The notes under the pieces are model-generated. The model was not told the DNA's origin, did not search any database, and saw nothing but the letters and a program-made list of their open reading frames with translations. Source: Verrucomicrobiota bacterium (lineage in GTDB: Bacteria > Verrucomicrobiota > Verrucomicrobiia > Limisphaerales > SIBE01). Taken from it: DNA of 38,812 nucleotides. The position numbers and the translations under genes are program-made. Below, in pieces: positions 1-9,700 of the stretch. The first letter of the stretch is position 1, and each line of letters starts with the position of its first letter. The stretch covers positions 1 through 38,812 of the forward strand of contig JBFMDG010000001.1 in the NCBI GenBank assembly GCA_040754135.1, written 5' to 3'.

Positions 1-69
1 CCGGAGTTGTCGAATCTGCGCCAGGTGCCCTTCAGTCAGCTCCCGCCCTTGCACGCGTAATGTTGTCAT
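1..69 (-). CDS. 5' end (first 23 codons) of an unidentified protein that runs out of the window
   Basis: ATG at 69..67 on the minus strand opens a frame with no stop down to position 1: MTTLRVQGRELTEGHLAQIRQLR. It is missing from the ORF track because the window edge truncates it. The pattern GR-x-L-T-x-x-x-L-x-x-IR-x-L recalls N-termini of DUF4338-family proteins, from memory only. Confidence 0.3.
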   Translation of the reverse strand, partial: MTTLRVQGRELTEGHLAQIRQLR

Positions 70-124
70 GACTCAGATTGAGCCAGGAAACATTTTCAGA
101 GTCCAGCAAAAAATGTCCAAACTC

Positions 125-600
125 CAGTGCGGGACTTAGTCCCGCGCTCCGGACCGCGACTCTGTGAGTCGCTGCACTGGCTCAATCCAAAACGCTCAGT
201 TTTTCGGGAAACGCGCTGGGACTGAGCGAAACCGCTGCGGGACTTAATCCTGCGCTCCGGACCGCGACGCTGTGAGTCTCAGCACTGCCTCAATCCAAAA
301 CGCTCAGTTTTTCGGGAAACGCGCTGGGACTGAGCGAAACCGCTGCGGGACTTAATCCCGCGCTCCGGACCGCGACGCTGTGAGTCTCAGCACTGCCTCA
401 ATCCAAAACGCTCAGTTTTACGGGAACCGCGCTGGGACTGAGCGAAACCGCTGCGGGACTTAATCCCGCGCTCCGGACCGCGACGCTGTGAGTCGCAGCA
501 CTGGCTCAATCCAAAACGCTCAGTTATTCGGGAAACGCGCTGGGACTGGGCGAAACCGCTGCGAGACTTAATCCCGCGCTCCGGACGCGGATCTCAATGC
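125..600. repeat. Tandem array of a 108-bp unit: 4 full copies plus a fifth copy with an internal deletion
   Basis: The motif G(G/A)GACTT recurs at 131, 239, 347, 455 and 563, an exact 108-bp period. Whole units are near-identical, differing at a few positions, mostly in the segment GTGAGTC(GC/TC)(TG/AG)CACTG(G/C)C. Each unit carries the hairpins GCGGGA-CTTAA-TCCCGC and CGCTCAGT-(20 nt)-ACTGAGCG. Confidence 0.9.
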
Positions 601-687
601 CGCAGCAACGCCCGGCGGCAGAACCCCCTTCTCCGGTTTTGTACTTTGCCCCTTGAAGTTTGGGGTTGAATCTCTAGCTTTTCCGCC

Positions 688-975
688 ATGGCTGAATCGG
701 ATTTCGATATTAAATACGTCGCTCACCTCGCGCGGATCGCCCTCACTCCGGAAGAGGAACAAAAGCTCGGCGCCCAATTGGGCCATATTCTCGGCTACAT
801 CGAGAAACTGAAACAGCTCGATGTCTCGCAGGTCGAACCGACGGCGCATGCTGTTCCGATGGTGAACGTGACGCGTCCGGATGAAATTCAGGAGTCGCTC
901 CCGACCGAGCTCGCTTTGGCCAATGCTCCTTCGAAGGCCAACCAGTTATTTGTCGTGCCGAAGATTGTCGAATGA
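688..975 (+). CDS. gatC: Asp-tRNA(Asn)/Glu-tRNA(Gln) amidotransferase subunit C
   Basis: 95-aa ORF with an ATG start. The sequence is typical of GatC ([31 protein letters not shown]...VPKIVE) and sits immediately upstream of gatA. Confidence 0.95.
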   Translation: MAESDFDIKYVAHLARIALTPEEEQKLGAQLGHILGYIEKLKQLDVSQVEPTAHAVPMVNVTRPDEIQESLPTELALANAPSKANQLFVVPKIVE

Positions 976-1006
976 ATTTCCCATAAATTGGCCAGAGCCT
1001 TTTCGC

Positions 1007-2479
1007 ATGTTGAACCAACTCACCATTTCTCAACTCGCCGCCCAATTGGCGTCCGGCGAAGTCACCGCACGAGCGGCCACGATGGACTGCCTGAGTCGCG
1101 TTCGGGCGGTCGATGCGCACATCAACGCCTTTTTGAGCGTGGATGCCGAAGATGCGCTCGCCCAGGCAGAGGCCGCCGACAAGGAAATTGCCGCCGGACG
1201 GACCCATCGGGAGAAGCCATTGCTCGGGGTGCCGATCGCCGTGAAGGACGTGCTGGCTGTGCGCAATCAGCCATTGTCGTGCGGCTCGAAAATATTGAAG
1301 GGATTCATCGCGCCGTATGACGCGACGGTCATCGAGAAGCTCAAAGCCGCCGGGGCCATCGTGTTTGGGCGATTGAACATGGATGAATTCGCTATGGGCA
1401 GTTCAACGGAGAACTCCGCGTTTGTCACGACGCGCAATCCCTGGGACACGACGCGCATTCCTGGCGGATCTTCGGGCGGATCGGCAGCCGCAGTGGCGGC
1501 AGACGAGTGCATTGCCGCTCTCGGGTCGGATACGGGCGGATCGATCCGTCAACCGGCGGCGCTGTGCGGGTGTGTCGGGTTCAAGCCGACTTATGGTCGT
1601 GTTTCCCGCTATGGTCTGGTGGCGTTCGCTTCATCGCTCGATCAAATAGGTCCCTTCACCAAAGATGTGCGGGATGCGGCCACGCTACTCGAAGTGATCA
1701 GCGGGGGCGATCCACGCGATTCGACCAGCGTGCCGCAACCGGTGCCCAATTACGCAGCGCAACTGACGGGCGACATTCATGGATTGAAAATCGGCATCGC
1801 CCGTGAATACATGATTGGCGGGCTCGACCCGGAGGTGAAGCAAGCGGTGGATGCGGCGATCAAGCAACTCCAGTCGTTGGGTGCGGAAGTCGAGGAAGTC
1901 TCATTGCCGCACACCGATTACGCGGCGGCGACTTATTACATCATTGCTCCGGCCGAAGCGAGCGCGAACCTGGCCCGGTTTGATGGGATGCGTTATGGGT
2001 TGCGCAAAGAAGGCAGCGACCCGATCGAAATGTATTGCCAGACGCGCGGGGCGGGATTTGGAGCAGAGGTCAAGAGGCGCATCATTCTCGGGACCTATGT
2101 GCTGAGCAGCGGGTATTACGACGCCTATTACTTGTGCGCGCAAAAAGTTCGCACCTTGATCCGGAACGATTTTTTGAAAGCGTTCGAAAAAGTGGATGCC
2201 ATTGTCACTCCTACAACTCCGACCGCCGCATTCAAGGCCGGCGAGAAGTCCGATGACCCGTTGCAAATGTATCTCTCCGACATTTTCACGATCTCATGCA
2301 ATTTGGCGGGGATTTGTGGGATCAGCTTGCCGTGCGGATTCACGCAGAGCCCCAAACTGCCGATCGGGCTGCAGCTTCTCGGAAAACCCTTCGGCGAAGA
2401 AACCATCCTGCGCATCGCCCACGCCTACGAACAAAGCACAAGCTGGCATCGGGAACGTCCGATCTTGAACGAGGCTTGA
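1007..2479 (+). CDS. gatA: Asp-tRNA(Asn)/Glu-tRNA(Gln) amidotransferase subunit A (amidase family)
   Basis: Amidase signature region [13 protein letters not shown]...[14 protein letters not shown] chose the start at ATG 1007 ([14 protein letters not shown]...), 32 nt after the gatC stop. The track ORF start at 881 would overlap gatC with an Arg/Ser-rich, non-GatA-like extension. Confidence 0.95.
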   Translation: MLNQLTISQLAAQLASGEVTARAATMDCLSRVRAVDAHINAFLSVDAEDALAQAEAADKEIAAGRTHREKPLLGVPIAVKDVLAVRNQPLSCGSKILKGFIAPYDATVIEKLKAAGAIVFGRLNMDEFAMGSSTENSAFVTTRNPWDTTRIPGGSSGGSAAAVAADECIAALGSDTGGSIRQPAALCGCVGFKPTYGRVSRYGLVAFASSLDQIGPFTKDVRDAATLLEVISGGDPRDSTSVPQPVPNYAAQLTGDIHGLKIGIAREYMIGGLDPEVKQAVDAAIKQLQSLGAEVEEVSLPHTDYAAATYYIIAPAEASANLARFDGMRYGLRKEGSDPIEMYCQTRGAGFGAEVKRRIILGTYVLSSGYYDAYYLCAQKVRTLIRNDFLKAFEKVDAIVTPTTPTAAFKAGEKSDDPLQMYLSDIFTISCNLAGICGISLPCGFTQSPKLPIGLQLLGKPFGEETILRIAHAYEQSTSWHRERPILNEA

Positions 2480-2543
2480 GAGCCCACGGAATTTTCAGAC
2501 AGGCTCTTAACTTAAGTTAAAGTCGTTCCGCGCCGCACCGCAG

Positions 2544-3506
2544 TTACGCTTTTGGATAAAGGCTGGCAACGAACTTTCCATAGCCGTTGTAAAGCTGCGT
2601 TTTCACCCGGTCTCCGCTATCAATCATCCGTTCGGTGGCCTGAGACCAGCGCGGATGGGGCACGGCGGGGTTGACGTTTGATTCGAAGGGATATTCGTCC
2701 GGCGCCAACGTTTCCCAGAGTGTGGCTGGCTGTTTGTCCACGAGTTCGATTTTGACGATCGATTTAATGCTTTTGTAACCATACTTCCAAGGCACCACCA
2801 TTCGGAGAGGCGCGCCATGCTGCTTGGGCATCGGTTTGCCGTAAATGCCCGTGGTCACCAGGGTGAGCGGATTCATGGCTTCGTCCAACCGCAACCCCTC
2901 CGTGTATGGCCATGGATAATTCGTGTCGGCAAAACCCGGCGCTTGATCCGGACGGAAAAACGTCACAAAGCGGACGAACTTCGCCTCAGACTTTGGCTGC
3001 ACTTTTTCCAACAGCTTGCTGAGAGGAAATCCGGTCCATGGAACAATCATCGCCCATGCTTCCACGCACCGGAATCGATAGACCCGCTCTTCCAGCGGAA
3101 ACATCGCAATCAACTCGTCCACATCGACTCGCATCGGCTTTTCCACCAGGCCGCCGATTTCGATCGACCAGGGCGAGATGACGAACCGGTTCGTGAGCCG
3201 CGCCACCGCGGTTTTCACGGTGGTGAATTCGAAGAAATTGTTGTACTTCGCCGCTACAGCTTCTTCGGTCAGCCTCCAGCCCGGATCGAATTCCGGGTTG
3301 CGTTTCGCCGGATAACGCGACGCCGTGTTCGAACTTGTGTTTTTTGGAGCGGAATTTGCCTGAGCAAAACCGGCTTGAACAAGGCCGGAAAAGCCCCCGA
3401 CGAATCCGAGTTGCTTTAGGAATTCTCGGCGGTTCCGATAAACTTTTTCGGGAGTGACAAAGCGGTCCGGCAATTGCCAGTCAGGTCGAATAATCACATT
3501 GGCCAT
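2544..3506 (-). CDS. msrP: Protein-methionine-sulfoxide reductase catalytic subunit (YedY/MsrP-type molybdopterin oxidoreductase), Tat-exported
   Basis: 320 aa with an ATG start. Twin-arginine signal NRREFLKQLGFVGG...AQA. Length and motifs are YedY-like (VEAWAMIVPWTGFPL, GAPLRMVVPWKYGYKSIKSIVKIEL). Confidence 0.9.
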   Translation of the reverse strand: MANVIIRPDWQLPDRFVTPEKVYRNRREFLKQLGFVGGFSGLVQAGFAQANSAPKNTSSNTASRYPAKRNPEFDPGWRLTEEAVAAKYNNFFEFTTVKTAVARLTNRFVISPWSIEIGGLVEKPMRVDVDELIAMFPLEERVYRFRCVEAWAMIVPWTGFPLSKLLEKVQPKSEAKFVRFVTFFRPDQAPGFADTNYPWPYTEGLRLDEAMNPLTLVTTGIYGKPMPKQHGAPLRMVVPWKYGYKSIKSIVKIELVDKQPATLWETLAPDEYPFESNVNPAVPHPRWSQATERMIDSGDRVKTQLYNGYGKFVASLYPKA

Positions 3507-3562
3507 ACGAGCATAAGATGCGAATCGCGAGAATTTAGTTCACGCTTTTTTTCCAATCCAAT

Positions 3563-3618
3563 CCCTTCAACCCTTCAACTCTCCATCCCTTCAACCCTGC
3601 AACCCTCCACCCTGTCAA
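3563..3618. repeat. Degenerate 8-bp tandem repeat (CCCTTCAA-like, 7 units); G-tract-rich on the minus strand
   Basis: Units read CCCTTCAA CCCTTCAA CTCTCCAT CCCTTCAA CCCTGCAA CCCTCCAC CCTGTCAA. CCC tracts at 3587, 3595, 3603 and 3610 are separated by 4-5 nt, which fits G3N(1-7) x4 on the minus strand. The repeat lies between the divergent msrP and giant protease genes. Confidence 0.75.
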
Positions 3619-3717
3619 CAGGCACCACCAACTGCGCCTTGACTTTCCGTCGCATTGAGCGCTGACTCCGAAAAATCTTTAGCGGATCTAAACAATAACA
3701 GCCATCTCCCTGGGCCA

Positions 3718-6700
3718 ATGCCACTCGACCTTCCTGAGATGCCGCGGCGCGTTGTGTGCGCTTTGCTCCGGTGCATGCGGCCGATCGGTTGCACTTCAAA
3801 TCCATTGCCCATCCACATTGCTCTCGTGCTTGGCTGCCTGGGGTTAACGCTCCTAAACGTTGTGGCGTTTCAGAAACCTGAGACCGAACCGCTCCCGAAT
3901 TTCGACAAGCGCTTTCGTGCGCCGGAGCCGTCGCTGAACTGGACAAGCACGCAACGCGAAGCAATTGCACGACTTGAACAAAGCGTGCCCGGGTTGGTCG
4001 TTCAATCCGATCCGGTGACCGGTGCGCCGCGATTGGTCACATCCAGGAATGGGTTTCTCACTGGCCAGAATGCGGCCGGCATTTCGGCCGATACGCTGGA
4101 ACAGTTTGCAGAAAACGATCCTTACCGCATTCCCAAAGCCTTTCTCCAGGAACACCGGGCATTGTTTGGGCACGGCGCGGAAATGCTCGATGCCGCCAAA
4201 ATTCAACGCGAATTCGTCACTGCGCATAGCGGCTTGAAAACCTTCGTCTGGCGCCAGGAACTCAACGGTGTCCCGGTGTTTCAAGCCATAATGACAGCGC
4301 ACGTGACTCGCGATGGCGAGCTCGTGAGCGTCGGATCGAGTTTTCTGCCCGATGTTGAATATGCCGCCCAGAATGGCGTGCCTCATTGGGCTGAAGTGCT
4401 GGCCAATCCTCCGGTGTCAGCGGTTCAAGCCTTGAGTGCCGCCGCCGCGCATTTGGGTTCGTATGTTTCGGACTCGGACCGACTGAACGCTACGCGAGTG
4501 CAAGATCCGGAGGGCGCCGCGCAAAAGCAGCGATTTGTTTCGGCGCATTTGCGAGGCGAAGCCGTGGCCCAATTGAACTGGGTGGCTTTGAACAGATCGC
4601 ATTTAAAGCCCTGCTGGAAAATCGAGCTCACCTTGCGCGGCCGGAGTGAACTCTACCGCGTGCTGGTGGATGCGCAGACGGGTGAAGTGCTGTTGCGACA
4701 TTGCCTCACGCAATATCTGACCGATGCCACCTTCCGCGTTTTCACGAGTGACAGCCCATCGCCATTTTCGCCGGGACATTCCGTACCGTCGTCCACTCAA
4801 CCGGCGCTGGTCGAACGCGTCCTGGTGACCTTGAGCGCGCTATCGACCAATGCTTCGCCTGCCGGCTGGATTGCGGACGGTGGCAACGAAACCCTCGGCA
4901 ACAACGTCGATGCTCACACCGATCGCAACGACGATGATCTGCCTGATTTGCCGCGGCCGCGCGGATCGCCCGAGCGCGTTTTTGATTTTCCGCTCGCACT
5001 CACCAATGCACCGAGCACTTATGGCAACGCGTCGGTGGTGCAACTTTTTTATTGGAACAACTGGATGCACGATCGGCTTTATGAACTCGGGTTCACGGAA
5101 GAAGCCGGAAATTTTCAGGCGAACAATTTTGGCCGGGGAGGATTGGGCAATGATGCCGTGCAAGCCGATGGCCAGGATGGGGGCGGATTCAACAACGCCA
5201 ATTTCAGCACGCCGGAAGATGGATCGCCGGGCCGCATGCAAATGTATCTTTTCAACGGGCCGAATCCCGATCGCGACGGAGATCTCGATGCGGAAATTAT
5301 TTTGCACGAATACACGCATGGCCTGAGCAATCGCCGTGTGGGGGGCGGTGTGGGCATTTTCGAGTTGCAAAGCGCGGGCATGGGCGAGGGCTGGTCTGAT
5401 TTTTATCCGCTGGCATTGCTGAGCGAACCGGGCGATGACCTGAACGGGAATTATGCGGCGGGCGGTTATCTCACCTACCGGCTGGCCGACCTCACCGAGA
5501 ATTATTATTTCGGAATCCGGCGTTATCCCTACAGCACCGATCTGACAACGAATCCGCTGACCTTCAAAGACATCGATCCAGGCCAGGCGAGCGATCATCC
5601 GGGCATTCCGATCAGCCCATTGTTTGGCGGCGGCATTCCAGCGGACGAAGTGCATAATCAAGGCGAAGTCTGGTGCGTCACGCTCTGGGACGCGCGCGCC
5701 AATCTCGTTCGCAAATGGGGGTTCGAACGCGGCAATCAATTGATCCTGCAACTGGTCACCGATGGCATGAACTTGTCTCCGGCCAATCCAAACTTTCTCG
5801 AAGCGCGCGACGCCATCATTCAAGCCGATCGGGTTTTGACCGGCGGCCTGAACCGCGATGAGTTGTGGGCGGCGTTTGCCAAACGCGGCATGGGTTTCAG
5901 TGCCAGTTCTCCGCCCAGTTCAACCACCATTGGCGTCGAGGAATCGTTCGATCTGCCGGACGATTTGCTTGTATTGCCGAACAAAGGGTTTGCCTCGCAT
6001 GGACCCGAGGGCGGGCCATTCACGGTTCTGACACACACCTTCACCCTTTCGAATACCGGCACCAACGCGGTGCAATGGTCGATTATCAACCCGGCCGGCT
6101 GGCTGCGTGTTTCTCCCGAAAGCGGCGCCATTCCCGTCGGCAACAACAGCACGGACGTAACGGTCGGCATTGAACCGATTGCGCAGAGTCTGCCGGCGGG
6201 GTTGTACACGGAATCGCTCACCTTCACCAATCATGTGACGGGCCGGTTCCAAACCCGGCGCGTTTTCCTGCGCGTCGGACAACCCGATTTTCTGACGGAA
6301 GAATTCGACGATGCGCCCATGAAACTGCCGCATCGGCAACTGACCTTCACTCCCGATGAAGCGGGCTCGTATCTGGCCTGCATCGAGACGGCCATGCAAT
6401 TTCCAGTGGATCCGACCGACGGCGATTTGCTGCTGCTCGAAGACGATGATTTTGCGCCGTTGACATTGGCCGATGGAGCCGAGGTGAAATTTTTCGGAAC
6501 GAACTATTCGACCATCTACGTGAGTGCCAATGGCTACATCACGTTCACGCGAGGCGTTTCGGATTTTGATCCATCGCTCCAGGCTCATTTTCAATTGCCG
6601 AGGCTTTCTGCTTTTTTCACCGATCTGGATCCGACGGTTGGAGGATTGATTTCGTGGAAACAGCTGACCGATCGCGTGGTGGTGACTTACGAAGACGTGC

Positions 6701-9700
6701 CCGAATTCTTTTTCGATACCTCGAACAATTTTCAAATCGAAATGTTTTTCAGCGGAGTCATACGCGTCACCTATTTGGAATTCGAGGCCACCACCGGCCT
6801 GGTCGGATTGTCCAATGGCGGCGGCATTCCGCTCGGCTTTTCCGAATCGGATTTTGCCTCGGCCGGCGCATGTCTCCCTGCATTGAAACTCAAGCTGCCC
6901 GCATCGGCCGTTGAAGACGCGGGCAGGCTGCTCGGGAGCGTTGCGCTTCCCCAGGAAAGCAGCGTGGACACGCGTTTGCGTTTCGAGTCGAGCGATCCAG
7001 CGCTGCTCGAAGTGCAGCCGGAAATCGTCATTCCCGCCGGTGAGTTGATCGGGACATTTTCCTTTGAAATCAAACCCAATCCGCGTCCGACCGGCACGCG
7101 ACTGGGGCGTGTGACAGCTCGGGCCGACGGCTTTCGTCCGGCTCATGGCCGCATGCGGATCGAAGACAATGAATCAGCCACGCTGCAAATCCAGGTGCCG
7201 GACCGCGCGCGCGAGGGGGATAATCCAATGCGCGGCGCGGGAATGGTGACCATCACGCCTGTGCTCGTGGATACGGTGCTGATCGAACTTGCATCGGCCA
7301 ATACCAACGAGGTTTTGGTGCCGCCAATCCTGATTCTTCCCGCCGGCCAGACTCATGCGATTTTTGATCTCTCCGCTGTGGATGATCGAAGAATCGATGG
7401 CACGATTGCGACCAGAATCACCGCGCACGTGGATCGCTGGGAGGAGAGCAGCGCAAGCATTTCGGTGGAAGACAACGAGACGCGCGACTTGCGTGTTCAA
7501 TTGAAGCGGCGCATCGGAGAAAATGGCGGAACACTTGCCAATGCCGGAATGATCGAGATTGCAGGGACGCTGCCGTCGGATCTTGCGGTGTCGCTGGAGT
7601 CGAGTGATCCGACCGAATTCAACGTGCCGGCATCGGTTCTCATTCGCGCGGGGGAAACCACTGCTGTGTTTGAAGGAGAAGCGAGAAACGATTCGGAAAT
7701 CGACGGAACGCAGACGGTGCACATCACGGCGCAGGCTTCTGATTTCACGAGTGCGACCGCCCAGATTCTGGTCCTGGACGACGAAACACCTCCGGCCCCG
7801 GCGGGTCCGCACCCGGCACATCTTTCGACGAACAACCCGCCGCGGATTGAACTGACCTGGATTGGCGAAGGCGAGGCCGCGAAGAATGGCGGATTTGAAA
7901 CAGGCGATTTCAATGGATGGATTCGACAAAACAGCGGCAGCGGCAGTTTTGTTTTAACGCAGGGCGATCTCGACCCGGAAGGGCCTGAGTTGCCGACGCC
8001 CGCGTTCTCGGGCCGTTACTGCGCTGTGTCGCGTCAGATCGGTCCAGGAAAACAGATGCTGGCGCAGGAGATCACCATTCCAGAGGGAGTGACGAGCGCG
8101 GTTTTGAGATGGGCGGATCGCATTCGCAATCATGCGTCGTTGTTCCTGCCCGAATTTCAGGAATTCCGTGTTGAAGTGCAGAGTTCTGCGGGCGACCCGT
8201 TGGCGGTGTTGTTCACGACCCAGCCGGACGATCCGTTATTGGGGGATTGGACGTCGCGCAGCGCCGATCTGCTGGATTTCAGCGGTCAGACCATTCGCAT
8301 TGCATTTATCGAGCAGGACAATCTCGGGTATTTCAATGTTTACCTGGATGACATTCGGGTGGAAATCGGGAGCATTGGTCCGCCGGGCGCCCCGGGTGCG
8401 ACCGAGTTCGAAGTGTTCTTTGGCAAAGCGCCGGTTCCGGGCGCGAGCGAATTGCTCGGAACCACTTCGGAAAAGCGCTGGCCGCTCGCCATTTTGCCGA
8501 TCGACTCGACTTATTATTGGCAGGTCATCGCGCGCAAAGGCGAGGCGCGCACCGCCGGGCCGATCTGGCAATTTAGCGTGCCGGGCGTCGGACCGATCGA
8601 TCATTTCAGCTTTGCTGCGGTCGCATCTCCTCAGTTCGTCACCCAGCCATTCTCGGTTGAGGTCCAGGCCAGAGATATTTTTGAAAACGTGGCTACGAAT
8701 TTTTCGGGCCGGGCCAGGTTGATTGGCGGCATTGAAATTCCGCCGGTGATTGTGGGATCGGAGAGCAATTCCTGGGAATACCCGATGGGAACGGCGAATC
8801 ATGACCAGCGGGTTCAGGCGATTTATTTGCGGGAGGAACTCGGGCCCGCGCGCCGGTTGACGGCGCTGGCATTGTTCGTCGTCACGCCACCCGGGCAAAC
8901 GCTGAATCGCTGGACCATCCGGATGAAACATTCGCAGTTGAAGCGGTTTGAATTGTTCTCACCGCTTTGGGAACGGACCGGCTGGACCACTGTTTATCAA
9001 AATAACGAAACCATTTCCGGCAGCGGCTGGGTGGAATTTCAGTTCAGTACGCCGTTCGATTACAACGGCGGCAGCAGTCTCATGATCGATTTCAGCTTTA
9101 ACAACTCGACCGGCAGCACCGATGGCTCATGCCGATTTTTTGCCGCCGAATCGCGCGGGATGGCGTTCAGCGCGGACAGTGATTTTGGCGATCCGCTCAC
9201 CTGGTCTGGTTCGGAGCCGCTGGTCTTCTTCGCCGAATCTCGAATACCAGCCATCCGGCTCTCCTCGTTCACCGGGCTCCAGTTGCAGCCGTCAACCACG
9301 GGCGATTTCAAAGAAGGCTTGTGGAGCGGTGACATCACCATCGAGCAAGTGGCCAATGGCATGATTCTGCGAGTGGAAGATGAGGACGGGCACGTCGGGC
9401 GAAGCGCGCCGTTCGATGTTCAAGCCCGCGATGATCTTTCGATCACGATGAGAGACACCCCCGATCCGGTGACGGTCACCGAACCCGTCACGCTGGAGAT
9501 CCTGGTCAATAATTCCGGACCGAGTGAGGCCAACGATGTCGTGGTCACGAACAAGCTGGGCTCCAACGTGACCTTCAATTCGATCGATCTGAGCCAGGGC
9601 ACCGGCGTCGCAAGCAGCGGTCAGGTGGTCGCGTCGCTCGGCACGCTCGCCGGCGGCGCTTCCGCGCGCATAACTCTCGTAGTCACTCCAACGAGCACGA

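Noticed and set aside
125-600. Possible CRISPR array, given the regularly spaced repeats with hairpins
   Set aside because: The whole 108-bp period is conserved, so there are no unique spacers between repeats. The unit is far longer than a CRISPR repeat, and no cas genes are in the window. It is a plain tandem repeat.
881-1006. Upstream extension of gatA (track ORF start at 881)
   Set aside because: It would overlap gatC by 95 nt and add an Arg/Ser-rich peptide unlike GatA. ATG 1007 gives the canonical GatA N-terminus.
2507-2520. Perfect AT-rich palindrome TTAACTTAAGTTAA between the convergent gatA and msrP, considered as a bidirectional terminator
   Set aside because: It is a 7-bp all-A/T-dominated stem with no loop and no flanking T-run. 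That is too weak to call an intrinsic terminator.
3655-3717. TTG start of the giant ORF at 3655; likewise TTG 17456, GTG 28001 and GTG 38310 for other genes
   Set aside because: These are the longest-ORF starts on non-ATG codons. Downstream ATGs give more plausible signal-peptide N-termini, and in one case an ATGA overlap. The exact starts remain uncertain.
4840-7146. Long minus-strand ORFs (327 aa at 4840..5823 and 408 aa at 5920..7146) inside the giant protease gene
   Set aside because: They are antisense to a frame with strong domain content (M36 motifs and others). Their Arg/Gly/Ala-rich, low-complexity composition is typical of spurious antisense ORFs in GC-rich DNA, and they contain no recognisable motifs.
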